Shown here: in pieces, positions 1 to 12,889 of the stretch | Layout: each line of letters starts with the position of its first letter | Position numbering within the stretch: position 1 is the first letter of the stretch | NCBI GenBank assembly: GCA_026770705.1 | Contig: JANJGN010000022.1 | Span: 47,554,001-47,618,000 of the forward strand | DNA: 64,000 bases | Direction: 5' to 3' | Origin: Isurus oxyrinchus | Taxonomy: Eukaryota | Notes under the pieces: model-generated | Databases searched by the model: none | Seen by the model: the letters and a program-made list of their open reading frames with translations, nothing else | What the model was told of the DNA's origin: nothing | Position numbers and translations under genes: made by a program

Positions 1-263
1 GCCGCGGTGCCGCACCTAGTTGCGCCTTCTTGCCATGGGTGCTAAGACCCATGTGATATTCAAAGTGATGGACGCCGAATGTGTCCGCGATGGCTGTTGG
101 GGAGGGGGTTCGGACCAGCCGTACTATCTTCTGGGGACTGATCACCAGTAGTGTGGACAGGAGCCATTGGAGGCCTCAGATGGGCCACTGTGGTTGGGGT
201 GTGGCGTGCGCGTGCAGAGTACATGAGTGATCAGCCCCAATAATCTTCTTCTCTGCTCTGCAG

Positions 264-3179
264 GCAAAAAGTGATCACAATCAGCAGATTCGAAATTGGC
301 TGTGTGGGAGAAGACAGAGAGTGGTAGTGGATGATTGCTTCTCAGACTGGAGGTCTGTGACTAGTGGTGTGCTTCAGGGATCTGTGCTGGGACCATTGTT
401 GTTTGTTGTCTATATCAATGATTTGGATGATAATGTGGTGAATTGGATCAGCAAGTTTGCTGATGACACTAAGATTGGAGGCGTTGTGGACAGTGAGGAA
501 GGCTTTCAAAGCTTGCAGAGAGATCTGGACCAACTGGAAAAATGGGCCAGAAAATGGCAGATGGAATTTAATGCAGAAAAGTGTGAGGTGTTACATTTTG
601 GAAGGTCAAACCAAGGTAGGACATACACAGCAGATGGTAGGGCACTGAGGAGTGCGGAGGGACAAAGGGATCTGGGAGTTCAGATACATAGTTCCCTGAA
701 AGTGGCATCACAGGTAGACAAGGTTGTAAAGAAAGCTTTTGGCATACTGGCCTTCATAAATCAAAGTATTGAGTATAGGAGTTGGGATGTTATGGTGAGG
801 TTGTATAAGACATTGGTGAGGCCAACTTTGGAGTATTGTGTACAGTTCTGGTCGCCTAACTACAGGAAGGATATCAGTAAGATTGAGAGAGTGCAGAGAA
901 GATTTACTAGGATGTGGCCGGGTCTTAAGGAGTTGAGTTACAGGGAAAGATTAAACAGGTTAGGACTTTATTCCTTGGAGCGTAGAAGAATGAGGGGAGA
1001 TATGATAGTTTACAAAATTATGAGGGGTATAGACAGAGTAAATGTGAGTAGGCTCTTTCCACTTAGATTAGGAGAAATAAACATGAGAGGACATGGCTTT
1101 AGGGTGAAAGGGCAAAGGTTTAGGGGGAACATTAGGGGGAACTTCTTTACTCAGAGAGTGGTGAGAGTGTGGAACGAGCTACAATCTGACGTGGTAAATG
1201 CGGGCTCACTCTTAAATTTTAAGAATAAATTAGATAGATACATGGATGGGAGAGGTCTGGAGGGTTATGGACTAGGTGCAGGTCAATGGGACTAGCGGAA
1301 TAATATTTCGGCACAGACTAGAAGGGCCGAATGGCCTGTTTTCTGTGCTGTAGTGTTCTATGGTTCTATGGGAGCGCCAGAGGACTGGAGGTGGGCACGC
1401 ACTGCTCCAGCGCCTCACGATGTTTGAGGAGCAGGCCATGGAGCTGTGGAGGAGGCAGGTGCCAGGGCGGCAGGTGGCGGCGAGGCTGGAGTCCAGTGGG
1501 CAGGTATTTGAGGTCCACAGTCCCATCCACTCTTTCTGCCCACCATCCAAACCACTGATGGCTGCTGCAATCGTTAATGCTGCAACACTGCTCATTCACA
1601 GACTGAGACACTCTGACGTGTGGGTCATACACAAAGGTCCCTTGTCCCCTTGAGGAATCCTGTCTCCACCACCTTCCAAAGTCACCTATCCCCAAGGCCT
1701 AACATGCCAAGGCATCGCTGCTGCACAGCCAAAAAGTTATTGTATCTTTCAGCCAGTGCGCCCCACATTACTCTGTCCAAAAGGTCCTCAGCACCTCAAC
1801 TGTGAACCTCATGGCACTCAACTTAAGTAAATGCCACCACATTACTCATCCCTGCACCAAGGGGAAATGTTGCCTTCTGCCTATCCGGTCTTTGCCCCTC
1901 CTAATGGTAAGAAGGTCAATAACGTGACCTGTCAATCTCCTGTGATCCACGGCAAATGTCGCAAGTGTTTGCGATGTTTCCTCAGCATCGCAAATTCTCC
2001 AGGCCAGCATGCATCCAGGTCAGGTACCTCTGCACTCTCCCCACTCCAATGGCACATAACATTCCATGTGGCATTCCTGAGGCCACATGACCAGCCTGTC
2101 TGTGGGCTTCCTCTTGACTCTTTTCCACCCCACCAATGTTCGTCTCCTTAGGATCTTGAAGGGTGAGCGACTTATGAGGCTGGGGGGGAAAGGGATGAAA
2201 GGTTTAACTGACTGTACCCTAACTGATGCACTGTCCTTCTTGTTAATTTCAGCATCACCACCCCATGGCCGTGCCCAAAGACATCGCAGCATCCCCCTCC
2301 ACACCTGAGGCCCAAGGTGTGCAATTGCGGCACATCATTTCAGCCAGCCAGGCATCAGCGCAGACACAAACACCTCGGTGGGGAATTTACCATTGGCTAG
2401 TGTGCCGGGTCACAGTGGAGGGGGCACTTCACAATCGCTGGAGGAGATGGTAGGGACAGAGATTGCCGATGGCATCAGCAGCCAGAGGGCTGCAGGGGAC
2501 CAGGCTCATGCTGAGTCTGGCACTGATGACGTGCCTCTGGAGTTGTCACCAGTGCAGCAGCTGCAGGACAAGCGGCAGGAAGCGCGTTTACATCTGGCAG
2601 GGTTCCATGAGGTTATGCTTCAGTTGGTCTCTGCGATGGCGTGAAGGCATGAACCTCAGGGCAGAGCTTCAGGCTTCCTCCACTGAGAGATTTGTGACTC
2701 TCATGTAGAGGGTGTTCGATCAGATGGAGAATCTTCTGATTGGGTTACGCTCTGACCTGCAAGCCCTCACAACGGTACTGGCCATGGGTGGTCATTCCCA
2801 ATGTGGGAGATGTTGTGGGCACCAAGCGTCGGCGCTCAGTGCCCATGCATCTGCGGTGAGCAGGGAGGACCAATGTGTCCTCACATTGGCGCAGCAGCTG
2901 CCTGTCGTCGCTGCAAGCTCCTCTCAGGGCGCTCCGGATGAGGGCAGCAACTACTCCGCCACTCTGCCAGTCAACGTTGCTTCCGTTGAGGCTGCGACAA
3001 CTGGGGATGTGCCAGTTCTGGAACTGGCCACTCCCTCCCAGTTGAGGCCATCACAGGCTCCACAGGCAAGAGGATGCCCACTAAGGTCATTGAGGCCAAC
3101 AGGACAGCAGAGTCAGCAGGCTGTCTCACAAACCACTCCGAACAATGGGGCGGCACCTAGACGTAGCACCCGGAAATGA
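264..3179 (+). pseudogene. Harbinger Myb/SANT-like partner gene, downstream exons, disrupted
   Basis: Acceptor ctctgcag at 263, then AKSDHNQQ...ERQRTGGG (typical motif), split by a CR1 insertion. Later acceptor at 2252 opens a low-complexity/coiled-coil exon ending APRRSTRK* at 3179. AATAAA near 3299. Confidence 0.7.
288..1370 (+). mobile_element. 5'-truncated CR1 LINE (RT C-terminal part and 3' UTR)
   Basis: ORF 321..1295 has QGSVLGPLLF, KFADDTK and RPTLEYCVQFWSP. It ends in the CR1 8-bp tail GTTCTATG-GTTCTATG. Confidence 0.95.
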
Positions 3180-3507
3180 AAGCATAAGGCACGTTAGGCA
3201 CTCAACAGGTATGTCACTGGTGATGTTGTGTTGGCCTTAGAATAGGGAAAAATATATTTATGTTTGCAATAGAAACGTTTCTGTTATATGTTGGACATAA
3301 TAAAGTCCACTTTTCTGACCATGGCTGAGGGTGTTTCCTTTGTGCTGCATTTGTCTTTTTCACAGACATCTCATGAGTGTTTGAGTGGACATTGATGTTT
3401 CTGTACTAAGCCCTTAGTTGCAGCTGATGAGGTGGAAGATGTAGTGCCTAAGTGCCACTTCTGGAACCGCTAGGCAATGTTGCTCCTGCTGATCAATGTG
3501 TGTGGAG

Positions 3508-4743
3508 CTAGCTGAAGGTTCGTTGGATTAAATTGTCCCGGGTGTCCCTGCCTTCTTGGCGTAGTAGCGGGTCGGCGTGCTGTCCCTCATCATCGCCCTG
3601 TGCTTCCTCATCCTCTGAGCCACTGCTGGATTCAACACGTGCAGCCTCATCCAGGGCGTCAAGGTCTTCATCATCAACTGCATCCCCCCTTTCCAGCGCA
3701 AGATCGTGCAGAGTGCAGCATGCTACCGCTATCAGAGAGACGTGATCTGGGGCATAGTGGAGTGCGCCTCCTGAATGGTCCAGGCATCGGAAGCACATCT
3801 TGAGAAGACCGATGGCTCTCTCCATCACAGCCCTTGTGGAGACGTGGCTCCTATTGTACCACTGCTCAGCTTCTGTCCTTGGATGGCGGAGAGGTGTCAT
3901 GAGCCACCTTCTGAGGGGATAGCCCTTGTCACCCAGCAGCCATCCATCCAGCCGAGCTGGAGCACTGAAGAGGCCCAGCACTTGGGAGTGTCTGAGGATG
4001 TAGGCGTCGTGGGAGCTGCCTGGGTTCCTTGCACAGACTTGTAGAATCAGCATCCTGTGATCACACACTATCTGCACGTTCATGGAGTGGAAGCCCTTCC
4101 TGTTGACAAAGGCACCGGGCTCACCCGCTGGCGCCTTGATGGCCACATGTGTACAGTCTATTGCACCCTGGACACGGGGGAAGCCAGCAATGGCTGCGAA
4201 GCCTCTGGCTCACTGTGTCTGACTTGTCTGGTCCCAACGGAAGTGGATGAAGGTCAATGCCCGTCTGAACAGAGCATCTGTAACCTGCTTGACACAAGTG
4301 TGGACAGCTGATTGGGAGACACTGCAAAGATCACCCACCGAGCCCTGGAAGGAGCCAGAGGCATAGAAGTGGAGGGCAACTGTGAGCTTCAGATCCACTG
4401 GCATGGGGTGTCCACCCACACAGTTAGAGGAGATCTCAGGGCCAATTATCTGACAGATATAGTTGGCTGTCTCCCTTGAGAGTCGGAGTCTCCTTTGGCA
4501 CTGCACCTCAGACATATTGAGGTAGCTGCTTCGCCACCTGTAAACCCTGGCAGCAGGATAGTGGCGTTTTCTGTGGCCCCTTCCACCTTGGACAACCTCT
4601 TGGTCCTGCACCCCTTATGCCTGCACCTGACCTCCCAAAGGTGGCTCCCCTGGAGGCTGATTGTCCAGTCCTGGCCTCCTCCTTATTCTATCCCTCCCTT
4701 CCTCCTCAGAGGAGCAGCCTCCAGTGGAGATGTCAGAACCCAT
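3508..4743 (-). pseudogene. Harbinger (HARBI1-like) DDE transposase, single frame with two in-frame stops
   Basis: ATG at 4743. Motifs [43 protein letters not shown] and MERAIGLLK. Stops TAA at 4615-4617 and TGA at 4210-4212. Confidence 0.92.
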
Positions 4744-5219
4744 ACCCCCAGGCTAAATGGAGGCCTCTGGAAAGCTGCAGGCCCGAGAAAGATTACTGAC
4801 TGCAGACTGGTTGCAAAGTACACTAAAAGCTCTTGGAAATTGATGTGAACTGCTAACAATCACACAGGCAACTTGAAAACACTTTCTGCAATTAAAACTT
4901 CGTGGAAAACATGAACAACTCCTCAGAGTCCACATATCCCACCAGTGCATGAGTTTTATTAAAAAATCTCCTACCCGCCTGACCGTTGGGCCTGTGCACT
5001 GACCTGAAGTTCGCACGGGCCCCTCAAAATCCAGGACAACTGGCAAGTTAAGGGCTTTAATGAGGCTTTCAATTAATGGCGGGCACGCATCCCGCTGCTT
5101 TGCGCGACTGCCGACTGAAATATTACGGTGCCGCACGCTGACTTCAGGATGCTCGTGCGACATTTTAAGCGCTGATGTGCGGGCTCTGCTACCTGCACGT
5201 CAGCTAGAAAATTCTGCCC

Positions 5220-7020
5220 TATATTTTCCAATAAGGTCGCCCTTCATTCTTCTAAACTCCAGTGAGTACAGGCCCAACCTACTCAACCTCTCCTCATAAG
5301 AAGATACTTCCATACCTAGGATTAACCTAGTGAACCTTTCCTGGACTGTCTTCAATGCCAGTATATCTTTCCTTAGATAAGGGGACCAAACCTGTTCACA
5401 GTATTCTAGGTGAGGTCTAACTAGTTCCTTGTATGGTTTTAGAAAGACTTCCCTATCTTTATACTCCATTCCTTTTGAAATAAAGGCCAACATTGTATTT
5501 GCCTTCCCTATTATCTGCTGAACTTGTATGCTAGCTTTTTGTGATTCATGCACGAAATCCCTCTGTGCTGCCGCTTTCTGCAGCCTATCTCCATTTAAAT
5601 AATATTCAGCTCCTCTATTCTTCCTGCCAAAGTGCATAACCTCACATTTTCCCACATTATATTCCATCTGCCAAGTTTTTGCCCACTCCTTTAACCTGTC
5701 TATATCCCTCTGTAGATTCTTTATGTCATCCTCACCAGTTGCCTTCCCACCTATTTTTGTGTCATCCATAAACTTGGTAATAGCACATTCACTTCCCTTA
5801 TCCATGTTATTAGTATATGTTGTAAATAATTGTGGCCCTGGCACTGATCCCTGTGGCACCCCACTAGCTACAGGTTGCCATCCTGAAAATGCCCCCCTTA
5901 TCCAACTCTCTGTCTTCGATCAGTTAGCCAATCCTCTACATGCTAATATACTACCCCCAATACCTTGGGCTCTTATCTTATTAAGTAGCCTTATGTGCGG
6001 TACCTTATCGAACGCCTTTTGGAAACTCAAAAATATTACATCTACAGGGTCCCCTTTATCTATCTGCTTGTTAACTCCTCAAAGAATTCTAATAAATTTG
6101 TCTGGTATGATTTCCCCTTCATGAAGCCGTGCTGACTCTGCTTGATTATATTATATATTTCTAAATGCTCTGCTATTGCATCCTTGATAATTGACTTTAA
6201 CATTTTCCCAATGACAGATGTTGAGCTAACTGGTCAATAGTTACCTGTTTTTTGTCTTCCTCCCTTTTTGAATAAGGGTGTTACATTTATAAGATCATAC
6301 CCATTAACCTCTATTTGTGCCGTTAATTCATTTATATTTTCTGAATGCTACATGCATTTATGTAAAGAGCCATTAATTTTGGCTTTTTATCATTTTGTAC
6401 CCCTTGACCCTATTTGCTGCTGTTTTTTTTATGTTTGTACCCTCTCTGTCCCTTCCTGCCACACTCTGGGTATCATTACCTAAATAGCTGCCTTGTGTGC
6501 TGCCATATCCTTTTGCTTTAAGCGTATGTATCCCCTCTCCAGAACCCTCCCCCACCACCACCTATTTAGTTCAAAGCCCTCTCTACAGCTCTAGTTATTC
6601 GATTTCCTAGAACACTGGTCCCAATACGGTTCAAGTGAAGCCCGTCCCACCAGAACAGCTCCCTTCTACCCCAATACTGGTGCCAGTACCCCATGAACTG
6701 AAACCCATTCCACACACACCAATCTTTGAACCCCGCATTTAAATCCTTGACTTTATTTACCCTATGCCAGTTTGCCCGTGGCTCAGGTAGTAATCCCGAG
6801 ATTATTGCCTCGGAGGTTCTGCCTTTTAATTTAGCTCCAAACTATTCAAATTCTTTCCACAGAACCTCTTTTCTAGTCCTATCAATGTCATTGGTACCAA
6901 TATGAACGATAACAACTGGATCCCTCCCCTCCCACTCCAAGTTCCTCTCCAGCCCTGAGGAGATGTCCTTAACCCTAGCACTGGGCAAGCGACACAACCT
7001 TTGAGACTCACACTCACATC
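5220..7020 (-). mobile_element. CR1 LINE, 3' part of an interrupted element (ORF1 esterase C-terminus plus internally deleted ORF2)
   Basis: ORF 5200..5859 has RT motifs (PQGSVPGP, KFMDDTK). 6560-7020 reads VIVHIGTNDI (SGNH esterase). Near 6290 the endonuclease start joins directly to NVTPLFKKG, indicating a deletion. Confidence 0.88.
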
Positions 7021-10000
7021 TGTAGAGAAGGGCATTCTAAAGGGGGAGGGCAAATAGACAGAGACCGTGGTACATATTGGTACCAACGACATAGGTAGAA
7101 AGAGGGTTGAGGTCCTACAAGCAGATTTAGGGAGCTGGGAAACAGATTAAAAAACAGGACCTCAAAGGTAGTAATCTCTGGATTACTTCCGGTGCCACGT
7201 GCTAGTGAGTATAGAATTGGGAGGTTAGTCCAGATGGATGCGTGTCTGGAGACATGGTGCAGGAGGGAAGGCTTTGGATTTCTGGAACATTAGGACTGTT
7301 TCTGGGAGCAGTGGGACCTGTACAAGATGGACGGGTTGCACCTGAGCTGGAATGGGACCAACATCCTTGTGGGGAGGTTTGCTAGCGCTGTTGGGGAGGG
7401 TTTAAACTAACTTGGCAGAGGGATGGGATCCTGGGAGGATGTTCAGCAGGGGGAGATACACAGCCAAAATTAGAAGAGGGAGCAAGTGAGTCTGGAAGGC
7501 ATGGAAATTATAGGCCAGTTAAGGCACAAGGGAGTTTAGCAAGATTGGATGGTATTGATTTTAATGCAAGGAGTCTGACGAATAAGGCAGATGAGTTGAG
7601 GGCACAAGTTAACACATGGAAGCATAATGTCATTGCTGTCACAGAGACATGGTCGAGAGAGCGACAGGAATGGCAGCTCAATATTCCAGGATATTGGGAC
7701 TTCAGGCAAGACGGAGAAGGAGGTAAAGGAGGAGGGGGTATCACAATATTGATCAAGGAATCAATGACAGCAGTAAGGAGGGATGACATCTTAGAAAGCT
7801 CCTCAAATGAAGCCATAGAACTGAAAAACAAAAAAAGAGCAATGACATTTCTGGGAGTGTACTATAGGCCCCCAAATAGTCAGAGAGAAATAGAAGAGCA
7901 GATATGTGGGCAAATTTCAGGGAAGTGTAAAAATAGGGTAGTAATAGTGGGGGATTTCAACATCCCCAACATTAACTGGGTTAGTCATAGTGTGATAGGT
8001 TTGGAGGGAACGGAATTCTTATAATGCATCCAGGAGAGCTTTTTAAGACAGTACGTAGAAGGCCCTTCAAGAGAGGGGGCGGTCCTGGGCTTAATTTTAG
8101 GGAATTTGAAGCCGGGCAAGTGGTAGAGGTATCAGTGGAGGAGCATTTTGCAGATAGTGATCATAACTCCGATAGATTCAAGGTTGTTATGGAAAAGAAC
8201 AAAGATGGGCCAGAAATCAGAGTTCTAAATTGGGGGAAGGCTGATTTTAATAAGATCAGATATGATTTGGCCAGAGTGGACTGGGAGCAGCTACTTTTAG
8301 GTAAATCTGCGTCAGAGCAGTGGGACTTATTCAAGAAGGAAATAGGGAGAGTACAGGGCTAACATATTCCAGTAAAGTCAAAGGGTGGGACCAACAAATC
8401 CAGAAAACTCTGGATGTTGAGGGAAATACACGATTGGAAAAGAGAAAAAGGGAGGCTTGTGGCAGATACCGAGGGCTCAAAATAGCGGAAGCCCTAGAGG
8501 AGTATAGAATGTGTAGGGGGGACTTAAAAAGGAAAGTAGGAGAGCAAAAAAGGGGCACGAGAAAATATTGGCAGGTAAAATAAAGGAAAATCCAAAGTTA
8601 TTTTACAAGTACATTAAGAGTAAGAGGATAACTAGGGTAAGAGTAGGGCCCATTAAGAACCACAGTGGTAATTTGTGTGTGGAGCCGGAAGACATAGGTA
8701 GGGTTCTAAATGAATACTTTATGTTGGTGTTCACAAGTAGATAAATCTCCAGGCCAGGATGAAATGTATGCCAGGCTTTTGAGTGAGGCAAGGGAGGAGA
8801 TAGCAGGGGCGCTGGCAATAATTTTCAACACCTCTCTGGCCAGAAGAAAGGTGCCAGAGGACTGGAGGACAGCCAATGTGGTACCATTATTCTAGAAGGC
8901 AGGAAGGGATAAACCAGGGAACTACAGGCCAGTCAGTCTAGCCTCAGTGGTGGGGAAACTATTGGAAGCAATTCTGGGGGACAGAATTAATCTACACTTG
9001 GAGATGCAGGGATTAATCAAGGACAGTCAGCACGGTTTTGTTAAGAGGAGGTCATGTCTGACCAGTTTGATTGAATTTTTCGAAGAGATGACCAGGTGTG
9101 TAGATGAGGGCAATGCATTTGACGTAGTCTATTTGGACTTCAGCAAGGCTTTTGATAAGGTCCTGCATGAGAGACTGATAACAAAGGTAAGAGCCCATGG
9201 GATCCAAGGCAATTTGGCAAACTGGAACCAGAATTGACTGAGTGGCAGGAAGCAGAGGGTGATGGTCAAGGGGTGTTTTTGTGACTGGATGCCTATGTCC
9301 AGGGGGTTCCACGGGGATTGGTGTTGGATCCCTTGCTGTTTTTGGTATATATAAATGATTTAGACTTGAATGTAGGAGGGTTGATCAGTAAGTTCGCGGA
9401 TGACATGAAAATCGGTGGGGTGGTAAATAGTGAGGATGATACCCTTAAATCACAGGAAAATATAGATGGGCTGGTCAGATTGGCTGATCAGTGGCAAATG
9501 GAATTTAATCTGGATAAGTGTGAGGTGATGCACTTGGGCAGGACAAACAAGGCACAGGGATACACAATAAATGATAGGATCCTGGGAAGGACCGAGGATC
9601 AGAGGGACCTTGGTATGCATGTCCACCGGTTCCTTCAGGTAGCGGGACAGGTGGTTAAGGAAGCATATTATTAGCCGAGGCATAGAATATAAGAGCAGGG
9701 AGGTTATGCTGGAACTGTATAAAACACTGGTTAGGCCACAACTAGAGAATTGCATGCAGTTCTGGAATCCGTATTATAGGAAGGATGTGATTGCACTAGA
9801 GAGAGTGCAGAGGAGATTTACCAGGGTGTTACCAGGGCTGGAGAGTTTTAGTTATGAGGAGAGATTGGATAGACTGGGGTTATTTTCCCTGGAACAGAGG
9901 AGATTGAGGGGGGACATGATTGAGGTGTATAAAATTATGTGGGGCATAGATAGGGTAGACAGGAAGGAACTTTTCCCCTTGGTGGAGGGATCAATAACCA

Positions 10001-10287
10001 GGGGGCGTAGAATTAAGGTAAGGGGCAGGAGGTTTAGAGGGGATGTGAGGAAGAATTCTTTCACCCAGAGGGTGGTGGAAATCTGGAACTCACTGCCTGA
10101 AAGGGTGGTAGAGGCAGAAACCCTCATAACATTTAAGAAGTATTTGGATGTGCACTTGGGATGCCATGGCATACAAGGCTATGGGCCTAGAGCTGGAAAA
10201 TGGCATTAGAATAGTTATGTACTTGTTTGACTGGCGCAGACTCAATGGGCCGAAGGGCCTTTTTCTCTTCTGTAGACCTCTATGACC
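7021..10287 (+). mobile_element. CR1 LINE (ORF1 esterase end plus degenerate ORF2 APE-RT and 3' tail), inserted antiparallel into another CR1
   Basis: HIGTNDI at ~7073. Endonuclease motifs NARSL, VTETW, YYRPP and VGDFN (7545..8024). RT motifs YLDFSKAFDKV and KFADDMK. CR1 3' end near 10285. Confidence 0.95.
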
Positions 10288-10289
10288 CA

Positions 10290-11060
10290 ATAACTATAAC
10301 AGTATCTATCACCCTAATTATACTGATCCCTACCACTACTATGTTTCTATTTCCTCCCCCCACTTGAATGGCTCCCTGTACCATGGTGCCATGGTCAGTT
10401 TGCTCATCCCCCCTGCAGTTCCCCGCTCTCGTCCACACAGCTTGCAAGAACCTTGTAACTGCTGGACAATTGCAGGGGGTGAGGCTCCTCGAATGCTGCC
10501 CCCTGGTCCCATACCTGCCTCACCTTTGGTCACACTCTCCTGTCCCTGGTCACAGACCAAATTGGAATGACCTAATCTGAGGGGTGTGACTGCCTCCTGG
10601 AGCAAAGTGCCCAGGTAATTTCCCCCCTCCCTGGTGTGGCACAATGTCTGCAGCTCAGACTCCAATTTCTCAACTTGGATCCGAAGTTCCTCAAGCTGCA
10701 AACACTTACTACAGATGTCTTCATTCTGGACCATCTTGGTGTCTCGCAGACCCCACATGCTGCAATAGCAACACATCACCCATCCTGCCATCACTATCGT
10801 ATTTTATGTAATTTATTAATTAATTACTCTAGTATGCCTGCTCTTTACACTTGAAGAATCCCCTGCTCTTTACACTTTATTGTAATTAATTTATTTTTTA
10901 CACCAGTATCGATCATATACTGAACAATCTATTTTTGAGAAAAAGACTAGAGACCTAAACACAAACTAAAGACCTTGCTTTTACTTTAAAGACTAGAAAT
11001 ACTCATCAACCCTACTCACCAATCAGCTGCTTTCCCTGCACTCGTCATGTTGTGGTTCGT
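10290..11060 (-). mobile_element. CR1 LINE 5' part (5' UTR plus ORF1 zinc-finger/coiled-coil); continues at 7020
   Basis: ORF 10339..10794 has CCYCSMW...ICSKC followed by a leucine-rich coiled coil. A degenerate VVVG-D-S-I-I-R esterase start near 10330 continues into the 7020 segment. Confidence 0.8.
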
Positions 11061-11302
11061 GATGTCACTCTGCTGCTGGTCTCACTGCAGGTAGGTATCT
11101 CGATCCGCATCTTTTATCCTCTTCGGCTCACCTCTTGTTCAAAATGTACTATTTTGAGCCTTAGGAATAGAATAAACCTTAATCCCTTACTGGGTACTCA
11201 CCAATTAACCAGCTTCTTCTCCTGTAGCAGCGCAAGAATGAATTGCTGGAGGCTGATAAAGTTTAGGCAAAAGCAACCAAACATCTCTTTCCCTTCTTCC
11301 AC

Positions 11303-12883
11303 TTACGTCCCAGAAGCGCTCAACTCTGGCGCTCTATTGTAAGTCGCACTCAATAGCTTCTTAACTTTCACAAAGGCATCTTCCTGATGTGAATTCCATG
11401 ACCAACACTGATTCTTTTTTAACAAGTGTAATGGTGCTAACACTGTTGACAAGTTTGGCAAGAAGTGGCTATAATAGTTGATCATACCCAGAAAAGTTTG
11501 GGGCTGTCAGGCTTCAGATGAGATTATATGTCTTTCTACCACATGCACCCAAAAGGATTGCTTTCTGCTTTTCCTCCGCGGTAATTTCATTTGCTATGAA
11601 ATAAAAACCAAGGCCCTCTACACACTGTCTCCAGTCTTCCATAGTCTCAACACAAGGATCGTCTGCCAAAGAATGGCATGACTGGTGAGTATACTTTGCC
11701 AGGTAGACATAGTCATTTTCATAATGTTATTGGAATTTATTGTAGAGTAATAGCGGAGTCTGTGTCTATATCTGTGTGTGTGACTTAATTGAATTAAAGG
11801 CAGCTGGTCTGAAGGCTTTGATGTATCAAAAGATAAGCTAGGTTTGAAATGTTAAGTATCTATACATGGGGGAAGTTTTAGAATATAAGGTCTAAAGGGA
11901 GCATTTGCATTTTTAAATAAACCAGACTAGTTTGAATTCAAAAGAGGGGGTGAAATGTTACACCTAGCCAGGAGAAATTAAGAAACAACGTGTTTGTTTT
12001 TCCCAAAGATTTCTGGTAAAATTAGTACTATGATAGATTTTTTTTATTATTAGAGAGGTAAAGACCAAAGAGATAGTGAAACAATGGGAATTTGCATTCA
12101 AAGAGGAAAATATGCGTAAAGGAGAGAAGGCTGTGTGTAAGGACAGGCATTCTAAGATCTAATACAAGTGTCAAAAGCCCCCAGCATTTAAGCCTCAAAC
12201 TGCTGTCTACAAAGAACTAAAGGTGAGAAAAATTCACTTTGAATTCGATTGTTCAAGATATTGTGTGTTCCTTTGCCTGGGCCTCTTAAAACCTGTGTGT
12301 TTTATTGTTGCCTTAATGAACGTATAACTAGGAGTTAGGAGTTAACTAGGGGATTTAGAAGTTATCATAGTAGTAATTTGTAGATCTATGAATGTAGTTC
12401 AAATCATTTCTTCTATTAATAAAGGTTTAATTTAGTTTTGTAAGTAACCTATAAGACTCGGTATTCTTATTACTACTGAATTCAAAGCCAGCATCTCAAA
12501 ATACATACAAATTGAAAACAGAGGTGGTAGCTGCTTCAAGTTTCCCTCGGGGATTTGAGCAGCTCAGCATTTACCATTGTACCATAACATCTTTTCTTTT
12601 TTCTTAAGATTTGATGTACTTATGTTAGCAAGGCGAGGTGCAGCATTGGAGCTATTTTACCCTCATCGCCAAATGTAATGACTTGACTACTTGGCAGGTT
12701 TCAACTAGAAGCAGATAACTTTATTACAGAGAGATTTTCAGATGCTATAAGCTTGAACCAGGTCCCTGACAAAAAGCCTCGCCCTTGGATTACCCCCATT
12801 TGGGGCTCATTGGTGAGAGCCTCCAAGAACAATCACATGACCCCTGATAGGCAGTAGGAAAGGCTATACCTTCAATTACTACA
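11303..12883 (-). mobile_element. Deleted Gypsy (Ty3) LTR retrotransposon relic
   Basis: Short LTR 12674-12883 (TGTAG...TTACA on minus). PBS-like TGGCGATGAGG at 12661-12671. Gag N-terminus (EDWRQ...FIANEI...KQKAILL) at ~11500-11680. RT/RNaseH connector MINYYSHFLPNLSTVLAPL at 11303-11485. Confidence 0.75.
11725..12589. mobile_element. Probable solo LTR inserted in the Gypsy relic
   Basis: TGTTA...TAACA termini, internal AATAAA, non-coding. It separates the PBS from the gag of the host relic. No clean TSD seen. Confidence 0.55.
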
Positions 12884-12889
12884 CTAAAT

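Larger units (their letters stand above)
1..5219. mobile_element. PIF/Harbinger DNA transposon (left end outside window) with convergent Myb-like and transposase genes
   Basis: Right terminus ...GAAAATTCTGCCC ends at 5219 (Harbinger-type GGGCAGAATTTTC TIR). DDE transposase on the minus strand and Myb/SANT-partner exons on the plus strand point toward each other. Confidence 0.9.

Noticed and set aside
3508-4743. Host gene HARBI1
   Set aside because: It has in-frame stops and lies inside a TIR-bounded element with a Myb partner, so it is a transposon copy and not the domesticated gene.
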